A stretch of DNA of 64,000 nt, taken from assembly GCF_006345805.1 (NCBI RefSeq), contig NC_043006.1, positions 101,618,001-101,682,000 on the forward strand. The letters run 5' to 3'. Both the position numbers and the translations under genes were made by a program. The stretch comes from Octopus sinensis (taxonomy: Eukaryota). Positions 51,139-62,948 of this stretch are shown one piece after another. Each line of letters opens with the position of its first letter. Within the stretch, counting starts at the first letter, position 1. The notes beneath the pieces are model-generated. The model did not search any database and was not told where the DNA came from. It saw only the letters and a program-made list of their open reading frames with translations.

Positions 51139-51335
51139 GATATATATATATATATATATATATGTGTTATATATATATATATGTGTATATATATATATAT
51201 ATATATGTGTATATATATAATATATATATATATGTGTATATATATATATATATGTGTATATATATATATATATATATGTGTATATATATATATATATATA
51301 TGTGTATATATATATATATATATACACACACATAC
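50741..51335. repeat. Compound (TA)n/(TG)n/(GA)n microsatellite of about 600 bp
   Basis: Alternating TG and TA blocks, followed by (TATG)n at about 51431-51500. Confidence 0.97.
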
Positions 51336-51428
51336 ATTCACATAAAGATGTATGGCCAAAAGAATGCATTCATACACACAGAACTTATTTTAATTGTCAG
51401 TCTTTCAAAAACTTCATACATGCATACC

Positions 51429-51459
<31 letters not shown>

Positions 51460-51805
51460 TGTACGTATGTATGTATGTATTTATGTATATATGTATGTAT
51501 TCGTGTATGCACGTACGTACATATAATTTTTGTTGTATTCCATGAATCATAGTTTTGATGTTATTTATTTTCATGTATTCAATTTAAAAATGAATTTCAT
51601 TACTTATTTTGGTAAGATTTTGCATCTATATTTAAGTGGTAGAGCAAGATGGGTATTTTTGAGAAAGAAAATACTTGCATGTATTTTTGGAAATATTTAT
51701 TCCATGTTGATGTCTGTTGTGGCTTCATAGGAATGGATTCTACTTTTTACATTTAGTTACATTGAGATAAGTAGAGTTCTGTTTATGTTTAACCAAACAA
51801 GGTGT

Positions 51806-51845
<40 letters not shown>

Positions 51846-52424
51846 CCTTGTGGTATCTGTATATGTACTTTCTGTGAAGAGAACATGGTTCTAGGGAATT
51901 ACTGATTGATAGTGGATTTTTCTTGGATCCTGGATAAAATTGGCTTGTTAGTTTGGAGTTTGAAAAGTTGAATTTTTGGTTTTCAAAAGCAGGTCATGGA
52001 AGTACCGTAAACTTCAATTCTACACATGAATTATTGAGATGAATATTTTTTTTCAATGATGCAAGCATGCAGGCACACACACAGAGTTGCACTTGTTAAC
52101 AGACATGCTTAGGAATACTCAAGTTTTCAATGTTTGCATATATATTGTTTACCTGCTGTTGGATGCTTTTAATAATGCTACCTAAATTTTTGATGTAGGA
52201 ATGTAACCAACTTTCTCAGCAAGGCAGCTCGAAGAAAATAATATGCATTGTGTAATGGACACAATGCAATATTTAGACCAGGGTTTGAACTGAAACTGGA
52301 ACTAGAGGATACTTAGTGTTAGAGTGCTGCTCACAAATTTATTTGATGAGATCTCTGTCTCCCACTATATTGACAGAACTCCTTAAGCTCACTGAGAGAA
52401 AGGCAGACTTTTGTAGTTATAGTG

Positions 52425-52615
52425 CCAAAAAAATAATGCATCCAGTAAACTCTGTAAAGTAATTGGTGTTAGAAGGGCCATCTAGCTGTAGAAAACTTGC
52501 CAAAGCTGAAGCACTGTAACAAGATACAGTTCTCCAATCTGTCAAATACCGTTGAACCATGTAGCCTATGCCAATATGGAAAGTGGATATAAAATGATGG
52601 TTATGATGAGGATAA
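52425..52615 (+). mobile_element. Old RTE-tail fragment
   Basis: GGTGTTAGAAGGGCCATCTAGCTGTAG...ATGGAAAGTGGATATAAAATGATG. Confidence 0.65.
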
Positions 52616-54174
52616 TGTGGTGTGCTTGTGTGCACATGTCTGTGTGTGAGAAGTATTTAATGAAAAGTTACATGTTTATTAGGCATACTTTTACTGACCT
52701 GAAGCTCCCTCGTCTGAGTCCTTGTTCCCTCTCTTCTCTCATGACTCTGGCAGCAAAGGTTAATCTAAAGATTGCAAGTTCACTTTAGTATTCACTAACA
52801 ATCATTGTACTGATGCTCTTTATGTCTTTGTTATCATCGTAGGCATCATTATTTCATATTTTCCTTTTCCTCTCAAAGAAGGACCTTTGTGTCAAATTAT
52901 AAGATAAATATATTTAGTCTATTGAGATTCAGATATATTTTTAACAAAATTTTCAATATTAACTCCAATTTTCTTTTGTATTTATTCCATATTCCCTACA
53001 TCTGTCTTCTTTTGCATTGAATCATGAATAGACTTCATCTACTAAGGGGTTTAATACTGATTAATTATATATTGAAAATCTTTTACACTAAAGAGAAAAT
53101 GGTTTCATACTATTTGGTATTATCAATAGTTTAAATAAAATATTAGAAATAGATTCTGATGGTAGTGAGCCAGACAAAATCTGTATGGTATCCAATTATG
53201 GCACATCATACTTTGAGTACAATTATTTAAATTCTTTTTTCATCCATAAAACAAGTTTTAATAAAATAACTAGATAATTAATACTATATTGAGTTTAGTG
53301 CAATAAAATGACTAGACAAGCAATTTTATAACAAAATCAGAATTGTACCTTATAACAAATAAAAATCTTTATATATTCAATTTTTTATTATTATTGTTTT
53401 TTTTTATTTTTCTTTCTTTGTCAGATTCAGCCGTTCCAAAATTAACACTGTTGGATTTTACTGTAAACCTGACTTGCTGGCATTTCTCCGAATTGCTGTT
53501 ACATGAAAGCAAAAGTAAGTATAGTTATAATTATATAGAAGTGATTGTGTGGGGAGTTCAGTGGAAAGTTGTTGTCTATTGAGTGGCAACGTTCATAACA
53601 AAAGGAAGATTGATATCTTTTTCTTTGTTTTATTTTTTTAAAGTTTATTATGAAGTATTTGATTGGATATTGTGGTAACTCCTTGGCCTTTTAAAAAAAA
53701 AACAAGAAACAAACAAAAAGAACATGATATTGCTACGAAAATACCCCCAACAACACCATCTGTGACATATATGAAAGCAGTCCCTGCTAGAAATCTGGCT
53801 TCAGATACATTGCAAAAGTGGCAACTATGAACCACTGTCCCTCTTCTTATGAACAACATCAAAATAACAAGTAATAGCAGGAAATGTAATTAATCACCAA
53901 TACTCATCCCAAATTCTGGTATCATTGAAGGGGCATCTGTCTTTATTTTATCTGCTAGAAGTAGCAGCTATATCTGACTCAAGTCTCACCTTATCATTTT
54001 AAGAAAAAAGATGTATTGGCTAATATAGTCTGAGTTATAATACGCTTGACAAAAAAAAAGCACAAGATGGTCATGTCTGGAATGTCTTTGATCATAGGCA
54101 TGTTCTTAGGAAGCAGACCTGTGTCAGTGGATTAAACAATTAAATGATGAAGTTTGTGTATGTGTGTGTGTTGT

Positions 54175-54208
<34 letters not shown>

Positions 54209-54291
54209 ATAATAATAATATTAGGGAGTATTTATATTATTTGTTATTTATGTATTAGTTTATATCTATCACTGTTTGAGTTGCCTAATTC

Positions 54292-54326
<35 letters not shown>

Positions 54327-54403
54327 ATATAAAGAGTAAAATCAATAATAATTATACAGGTAGCCAATGCAGAAATAAAAACCTTGTAGGTAAATTTTAC
54401 AAA

Positions 54404-55010
54404 ATATTTTATACTCATATACATAATTATAACAAGGGATTGGCTTTATGCCTCACCATACACCATAAGAAATAAATGCTAAAGGCCTTTTCACTACCTT
54501 AAAATCTCTGAGAATAACACACTTTATTGTAGGCAAGTAAAAGAAAAATAATGAATCAATGAGGCTGATTAACTATGGATGCATTTCAAACTTAAAGTAA
54601 AAACTAATTTTACTTACTGTTTCTCCTCAGCATAGTATTTCGTATAAGTTCACGAGTATTTCAAAATATGCATGCGGTCAGCATCATCATATGTCCAATA
54701 TCTTTCCACACTCGTAAAAATATCCTGCCGAATATAATTCATTTCTTTCTTTTATACCCACATGTGTATTAAGTTCTAGACCACTGTAAATGCAGTTTCA
54801 ATCATGGAGTGAATTTATTCAAATATTATTTTAATAATAAAGGGTAAAATCAGTGTATTATACCCTTTATTAATAATAAAGGGTAAAATAAAGTGTGTTA
54901 TTCTCAGATATTTTAAGGTAGTAAAAAGGACTTTAGTGTCCATTTGTTACAGTATGTGGTGAGGCAGAAAGCCAACCCCTTGTTATAATTATGTATAAAA
55001 TTATAAAATA
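54404..55010. mobile_element. Foldback/MITE-like element with about 125-bp terminal inverted repeats
   Basis: 54404-54528 matches the reverse complement of 54888-55010 at roughly 80% identity (e.g. ATACATAATTATAACAAGGG...GCCTCACC...CTACCTTAAAAT.TCTGAGAATAACACACTTTATT). Confidence 0.8.
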
Positions 55011-55061
55011 TCTTATATATGTATGTATATATAGGCATCAACAGCTTGCAAGCCATGCTGC

Positions 55062-55104
55062 TCCAGACTGATGATGAGCAATGACTCTGAAACTAGTCTC
55101 TGGA
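55062..55104 (+). ncRNA. Minimal type I hammerhead ribozyme motif with palindromic stem III
   Basis: UCCAGA-CUGAUGA-U-GAG(CAAUGA)CUC-U-GAAA-CUAGU-C-UCUGGA. 6-bp stem I, palindromic ACUAGU stem III and GUC triplet. The first stem II pair is a U-U mismatch. Confidence 0.8.
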
Positions 55105-55299
55105 TGAAGGTGCTTATCTCTCCTTTGAAAACATAAGGAAACATGAAGTGTGTCAAAGCCAACAGGAAACGGTGTTTCCTAGGGCTAAATAGCAGTAGCA
55201 TTCTACCCTTTCATGGGACTGTCACATTAAGTTGACAACATGCCATCACTTTATCGTGCTGCTACTGTATAAATCATTCTGTGAGATTTAGAAATGTAT

Positions 55300-55374
<75 letters not shown>

Positions 55375-55380
55375 ATGTGT

Positions 55381-55700
55381 GAAGGTGCATGGCTTAGTGG
55401 TAAGGACATTCGATTTACGATTGTAAGGTTGTGTGTTCACTTCTCATCGATGCATTGAGTCCTTGAGCAAGACACTTTATTTCATGTTGCTCCATTCCAC
55501 TCAGCTGGCAAAAATGAGTAGTACTTGTATTTCAAAGGGCCAGCCTTGTCACACTCTGTGTCACGCTGAATCTCCCTTAGAACTATATTAAGGGTACATG
55601 TGGAGTTTGTGGAATCATCAGCCACTTGCATGTTAATTTTCCAAGCAGGCTGTTCCATTGAAAAGATCAACTTGAACCCTTATCATATCCAATGGAGTGT
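55381..55700 (+). mobile_element. SINE with head H2 + tail T1
   Basis: Head as at 24968; from about 55525 TGTATTTCAAAGGGCCAGCCTTGTCAC... as at 4440-4620. Confidence 0.82.
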
Positions 55701-56711
55701 CAGAAGTATTTACATCTGCAGAAGTAATTAAAGAAGAGAAAGAATTGTTGTATATTAATTTAGTTCATTTTTATCCACTTATAATTTGGATATCAGGATT
55801 TACTGGAATACAGGAGCAGAGTGAGTAGTAGATCCAACTTACTTATTCTGTGTGTCATACTTTGAACTACTGCACATTGCAGTATCTAGCGTAGTCTTTG
55901 ACTAGTCAGAAGATTCTATATATATGGAATGATGGATCTGGCAGCTAATCTGTTCAAACAAGGCTGACAGAAGCTAAGCAGCAGGAACAACAAAGACTTA
56001 CATGGATGTAGAACATACACAGGAAAAATACTAGATATGACAGTTACTTTCAGGTCAACAGCAGCAGCAGCAGCAAAACTAGACATAGTCTCAACAAACA
56101 CAACTCTACAGCAGCAACAAGCACAACAAGTGGTGATCAATTACTACATACTTTGTTTTCTTAATACATTTCGTTATTTCTCTAACTTAAGGACACCCAA
56201 TTTATGCTGTAGTAATTATCGGAGAACTGGAATTAACCAAGAATTTGGGTTTAGGAATACAAATTCACTGCTCACATTATCTTTTTTCTCCATTCAGTAG
56301 ACCTTATTATGAGTGTTTCAATTTATCCAACTTCTAGAAGTCAATTTTGTTAGGAGATACCATTCTTAGAAATTCAGGCTTGTAGTAGCTGTGTAAATTG
56401 AAATGTATGGAACAATGTGTAGTGTCCAGAGAAAACACTGGAATATTTTTAATGCATTTAAATTCCTGAACTGAAAGCTGGTATTTTAAATCATACCAAG
56501 CCACTTAGTCAGCAACAGGTATTATTGTTACTAAGAAAATTGTTATAAACATTGGAGTTTCTGACTAGGCCACAGTTTGTTTTGTTATTAAAGTTTTTTC
56601 TTAACAACAATAGCGTAGACATTTGCAAAAACTTTGTTATTGTATATGTTTCCTACCATTTTCAAGCTGCTTGTTCAAAACACTTATATCTACTCTTTCT
56701 ACTATTATTAA

Positions 56712-56932
56712 CCCTTTAGCATTCAGATTATTCTGTCAAATGTAAAGCGTATGTATTCACACCATGTAAAATTAATCTTGCATCATTTCATGGCTTTGAG
56801 ATTTCAATGATGTGATTGTTTATTTTTAAAAATGACACAATAAGGTAGCTATGAATGACCATATCTGACTAGTTTGAACATAAAACAGGTAGAATATTTT
56901 GGCCAGATATGGCCGGTTTAAACACTGAAGGG
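56712..56932. mobile_element. piggyBac-type MITE
   Basis: TTAA on both sides; TIRs CCCTTTAGCATT / AACACTGAAGGG. Confidence 0.8.
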
Positions 56933-59353
56933 TTAAAGAGTACCCCAAATCAGCCATGTATCAGATCTTTTTCCAGATGTAGTGTATCTTTCTTTTGTAA
57001 GATAGCATAAGGTTTATTTGGTTGTGTGACTCCCTCACTGATTCCACCATTCTGTTAGTGCAGCTGAAGCAACGTCAAATATGCAAGCTATAGATGGGCT
57101 GTCAGTTTGTAGAGAATACTGTTTTATGATAATCCCTTCTGTTGCTTCTTAATATGATATGCAGACAGGGTTTCTCAAACATGATCATGTAGCATCACTC
57201 ATCAATATCTTTAACTAAGTTACATCCGACAGGTTTCTACTTGCTATGTATTAATGCCAAGATCCTCATGATGTGCAGCATCAAAATAATGTGATCCACG
57301 TAAATACTAAGCCATCTCAATATTTATATTGTATCAAACAAATACTTGAAACCTAAACACAAGATTCACCACAATGTAGGATCAATTTAGTTTATTGTCT
57401 ACATTAAAGACATTCATATGATGCACATACACATGCACTCTTCATTTACTTTTTATAGAAAACTGAAAGACATCATTCTAAATTTATTGTGTATAGAATG
57501 TGTAACTGTTTATGTTAAAAGAGTGTTTACTTCTAAGAGAAGGTAAAATTCCTTATCTGCTATTCTCTTAATAGAAGCATTTAGAGAAAATCTGTTTCTT
57601 CATTAACTCTTTATCTTCTTAGCTGTCTTTAACCTGTGCTTTTTTCAGCTTAAAATTTTTACCATATATATTTATTTATTTATTCATTTATTTATTTCTA
57701 TTTACACCCACCTTCTTTCATTTCCAAATATATTTGGTCTTTATGTGTTTTCTGTACCCTTCTCTACTTAAAATTTATCTTCCTGACCCGGTTTTATCTA
57801 TTTGTGTGCTGAAGCATGTATTTGTTTGAACCCATTGATGTGGGGGTTCCACATGTGTGTCATCATTGCTGCTGTATATATGTATCTCTTTTATTTTTAT
57901 ATCTCTATTGTAAATATGTGTATGTATTTAGATTGTGTGCATATATATATGTGTGTGTCTGTACCAACATGTTTCTCATGGTTTCACATGACTATTTTTT
58001 TTGTATATGCATATCCCTAATTTTTTATGCAGTTTATGTGTGTGTGTGCATAAATTTTAGTTGCTCATGTATCTGAGTGTGTGTGTGCATGTTTGTTTAT
58101 TGGAAAATTCTTCCTGTCTTCCTTCCAACTTCCTAGTTTCACCAGGTAATCACTTATTCTGCCATACCAATTAAGGCATAATGTAATTTCATTAAAGAAG
58201 AAAGACAATAAGAAATGAATATGAACAACAAAACAAAGCAAAGGAAATAACATTTTCCTTTTTTTGTGTGTGTGTAACTTTTTAACTTTTATCTGAAATT
58301 TCTAGGAAATGAGGTTTGAGATAAGAAGAAAATTAAAATGGCTTGGGTTATCTTTTTGGTTGAGTTTCATAAAGCTTGACAAACGAGGGGAGACAAAGGA
58401 ACCAGTAATAGGATCCTGCTAAAAGCCAGTAGATTGGAATGAAAATGGGGCCAGGTTTTTGTAAATGTTTGCAGACTAAATTCTGCAAATGATTTTTCTA
58501 TAATGATATGTGTTGGTGAGGAGTGGGGTTATTAATACCCCAATCCCCTCTTTAAACCTTATCTCACCATTTCGTTTGGTGAATTTTAAAAATTTAGAAT
58601 CCAGTAAAATATTTCTGAATTTGTTTTTATAACTTTTATTTTTATTTTACACCCCACCGCCATACACACACCTTACATACCTACAGCTTTTGCTTCTCTA
58701 TCTTAAGTAAATTCTATTTAATTCCTAATAGCTTTTGTGGAAAACACTTTGCATAATTGCTGAAAATGTTTGATTGATAAATGAAAGAATTCAACTATTT
58801 AAATTAAGAGATGAAAATATGTTAGTTCTTTATTTTCTTCTTTATGTTGACCTTTTAATTTTTGTCTTCTGCTATACCCCACTTTTTTTTTTTGGTCATT
58901 TACAGTTTCATCTTCCACTCTACTAATAGAAATTTCAAATTTCATACTTTAATTGTAAAATGTTTTGAAATTGCTAAGATGCCTATACTGTTAAATTGCT
59001 GATATATACCATGGAATGAAAATGTTGGATGGTTCTCTTCATTACCTTGTATGTGTTTCAAATGTCTACAATTAAAGCTTTGGAGAGAGAGATCTTAGAG
59101 AAGTGTATATGTTATCCATAAATCTTCAGTTGTTTGGCTATTATGAAGGACTAGCATCCAACTTCCATTCATAATTAATCAAGGCCTAATAAATTGTTTC
59201 GTAAATTTCCTTTCTTCATGACCCCTTCTTTCTTACCAGATAAGCTTTCTTGCAATGTCCTTTCAGTGTTATCAAAATTGGTATATTTTATATTACAAAA
59301 AGAGAAAAATAACTAAAACTCAAACCATACAAAACTACTAATAGTAAGAAATA

Positions 59354-59780
59354 TACTCTTTACTCTTTTACTCTTTTACTTGTTTCAGTCATTTGACTGC
59401 GGCCATGCTGGAGCACCGCCTTTAATCAAGCAACTCGACCCCGGGACTTATTCTTTTGTAAGCCTAGTACTTATTCTATCGGTCTCTTTTGCCGAACCGT
59501 TAAGTGACGGGGACATAAACACACCAGCATCGGTTGTCAAGCAATGCTTGGGGGACAAACACAGACACACAAGCGCACACACACACATACACACATATAT
59601 ATATATACATATATACGACAGGCTTCTTTCAGTTTCCGTCTACCAAATCCACTCACAAGGCTTTGGTCAGCCCGAGGCTATAGCAGAAGACACTTGCCCA
59701 AGGTGCCACGCAGTGGGACTGAACCCAGAACCATGTGGTTGGTAAACAAGCTACTTACCACACAGCCACTCCTGCGCCTA
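59354..59780 (-). mobile_element. Family A SINE, young full-length copy
   Basis: Near-identical to 26899-27300. Confidence 0.92.
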
Positions 59781-60316
59781 TGTGAATATTTTCAATTGGA
59801 TTAATGTACTTGTTTGTTTTAGCACAATGCATTGATCTGTGGTGTAATAATTGACTGTAATGGGAATTTCTGGGATTTTAATACTTGTAAGGTAGCATCT
59901 TTATTGCCTTTAAAGTTGAAAATGCAAATTTGTGCAGATATGTGGAAGGAAACTGTAGAAAAGCTAGCATTGCTAATTCAGATAGTATTCTAATAGTATT
60001 GGTCACATTTGGCCAAAAAAATACTCAAGTCTGAGACTTGGATTGCGTTGCAACTATAGAAATTCAGGAGAATTACCTTCAAAGAGAGATGCTTTATCTT
60101 TTCTATTGTTACAATGACATGGGTTTGAATCCAATCTAATTTACAAGTGCATATGTCTTTTAGAAAATATCTTGAGAACTATTTCTGTTATACATATTAA
60201 ATTTTGGATTTTGCACTGCTCAATCAAATTATTTTAATCAAATTATTTTCACAGACAAAATAACCATGACATGAAACTGTTTCAAACTTGGTATTTTGAT
60301 CTGCATACTTCTTCCA

Positions 60317-60725
60317 TACTCTTTACTCTTTTACTTGTTTCAGACATTTGACTGCAGCCATGCTGGAGCACCGCCTTTAGTCGAGCAAATCGACCCCGGG
60401 ACTTATTCTTTGTAAGCCCAGTACTTATTCTATCGGTCTCTTTTGCCGAACTGCTAAGTGACGAGGACGTAAACACACCAGCATCGGTTGTGAAGCAATG
60501 CTAGGGGGACAAACACAGACACATACACACACACACACATATATATATATACATATATACGACGGGCTTCTTTCAGTTTCTGTCTACCAAATCCACTCAC
60601 AAGGCATTGGTCGGCCCGAGGCTATAGTAGAAGACACTTGCCCAAGATGCCACGCAGTGGGACTGAACCTGGAACCATGTGGTTGGTTAGCAAGCTACTT
60701 ACCACACAGCTACTCCTGCACCTAT
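60317..60725 (-). mobile_element. Family A SINE, young full-length copy
   Basis: Near-identical to 26899-27300. Confidence 0.92.
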
Positions 60726-61613
60726 AGGTTTGTTTTGCATATGAAAATGGAAATGTTTGTTTTATTCTCTTGCAGGGAAAAAATTAAGTTCATTAACCTT
60801 CCTAAATATGTCTGACAAAGAGCATAATACATCTTTAAGAAGGTTTCCAATTGAAGAAAAACATCTTTACCTGTTGTACATCTACTTAATAATTACAAAA
60901 TAGTAAATCCTCATGTAGCTGTTTTCATAGAACTATCTCAAATATCAAAATATTTCATAGAAATATCTCAAATACCAATAGTTAAGCCACATTTGTAATG
61001 TTGGTTGATTTACATGATTGAATCACAAATTTAATTCATTGAATATGTTGCACAAATTTCTACAATTCTTTCTGTAATTCTCTATTATTTGACAGTAGAA
61101 TTTTTCTCATTTTTTGTTCTCCGTCTTGGCCTTTGCTTAAAAAATTCTGATTCTGCCAATGAAACTATAACTTTTTCATTGAATGTGTATTGGTTTCTTA
61201 ATTTTTGTAATTAGGCTTCATGCGAAGCTTCAGTAACTATGACTTCGGCACTCTCTTCTGCCAAGTTATTCTTTGGCAAATTCAATCAATGTGAGTTATT
61301 TTCAGTTCTGTGTAATACAAAGATTAACAAATAATTTTGAAAATAACTGTGAGATGAAATTTGAAAAAATTAACGGAAATAAAAAACAATTATTATTGAC
61401 AGAAACAGTATTAGTACCAAGAGATACTATTGGTATCAGAATACCAATAGTATTAATACCAGAATCAGTATTAATACCAGCTTAGTGTGGATGTATTGTC
61501 AGAAGGCTGAATGCTGCAGCACTTACCTTGAGGGGACTCTCATGTGGGTTCATGGAATATAAAATCAGATATATATTGTAGCAGACAAGACTCATCCAGC
61601 ACAGGAAGCAGAA

Positions 61614-61659
61614 CTGTCACACCATGTGATTTCAGCATGCTGCTCTTCTTCAGTGGCAG
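61614..61659 (-). ncRNA. Decayed hammerhead-like motif
   Basis: CUGCCA-CUGAAGA-AG-AGCA(GCA)UGCU-GAAA-UCACAUGGU-G-UGACAG. Stem I pairs 5/6 and stem II 4 bp, but the cleavage-site nucleotide is G, which is not cleavable. Confidence 0.5.
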
Positions 61660-61808
61660 CCATCCAATGGCTGCATATCAGCCAATATATATCACATCAT
61701 GTTTATGGGGAAACAACTAAGTTAAGTCTATATCATGAGTGTTTGGAGGTATCAGTAGGTGATATGACACTTTGTTATCTAAACTGTAAGATTTTCTTGT
61801 GATAGAGG

Positions 61809-61852
<44 letters not shown>

Positions 61853-62657
61853 AAGAGCTTTTTTCTCTCTCTCTTTTAAGCTTTTGAATAGTTTTTTTTT
61901 TAAATTAATTAAAATAACAATAAGTTAGATATCCATTGTGTAGTGATGAACTGCAGTGGTTTGCCCAATAAGGTATTAGGGTTTCGGCCTGTAGACCCAT
62001 CTTGCTGCCTTAGTCTACCAAACAGGTCTCAGATAATCTGTGATATGCTGAGAGTCTGTCTAGATTTGCAATCAATTTTTCGTGTTTGTGCTATAACCTC
62101 TATTGTAAATAATAATCAATGTTCTTATGGTAAGAAAATGACAAGTCTGAAAGCTACTGATTCTTTATATTAGAATAAAATTACCAATTCTTTGTGTTAG
62201 AATACAATTACTGATTCTTTATATTTGAATAAAATTATTGCCAGAAGCATTTAAAATACGTGTTGGTTGTTGTAGAATTATTGATAGTTGAATAATTCAT
62301 GCAGGTGTTTTTTTTTTTTATTTTATTTAATTTTTTATGTTGAGATTACATCTTACCCTTACCTAACCAAAAATGGCATGGATGTGTGCGTGTGTGTGTG
62401 TGTGTTGTGTGTTTGTGTGTGTGTTCATTTTGTTTGTATTATTATTTATAACTTGTTGATTATAGGCTAGTGGGGTTCACAACTCATCAAGCTATTGTGG
62501 ACACCACACTGAAGACATTGTTTTCATTATGTCTAAGATATACAGGCTGAAGTAGCTGAATTAAAAACTGTAAACTACAAAATACTTGTAAATGTTATAA
62601 TACTCCTGCTGTTTAGAATGGAAAATTTTATCAAATTTTACCCCTTCTAGTACTCAC

Positions 62658-62738
62658 CCACAACTCAATTGCTTGAGGTATTGTGAGTTAAGTTCTTTTG
62701 CCATAATAGAGCACATTGCCAGCGAGTGATATGAACTA
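62658..62738 (-). CDS. Candidate exon (81 nt), SSYHSLAMCSIMAKELNSQYLKQLSC(G)
   Basis: AAAATTTTAG| ... TGG|GTGAGTA; length divisible by 3; one open frame. Confidence 0.35.
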
Positions 62739-62789
62739 CTAAAATTTTAACCGATTTCTCACTGTATTTCTTTGGACATTCGCCATCTT

Positions 62790-62948
62790 TGTAAGGAAGA
62801 ATTTAGTAAAATAACTTTGTCACTATTAATATGCTGGGAACATAAATTGATTTAAAATTTTGATGGAAAGTTTAATTTAGATAATTTTAAAGCAGGAAGA
62901 TTGCATCATATACCAACAGTGGTCTCAGGTGTATTAGTACTAAAAGGG
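62790..62948 (-). mobile_element. Truncated piggyBac-type MITE
   Basis: Ends in AAAAGGG|TTAA; the second terminus was not found. Confidence 0.5.

Noticed and set aside
50688-51545. Long Y/I/C/V-rich ORFs
   Set aside because: Translations of dinucleotide microsatellites.
61529-61615. Strong minus-strand donor AAG|GTAAGT ending ...SMNPHESPLK
   Set aside because: No polypyrimidine acceptor upstream, and the region overlaps a decayed hammerhead/PLE-like remnant.
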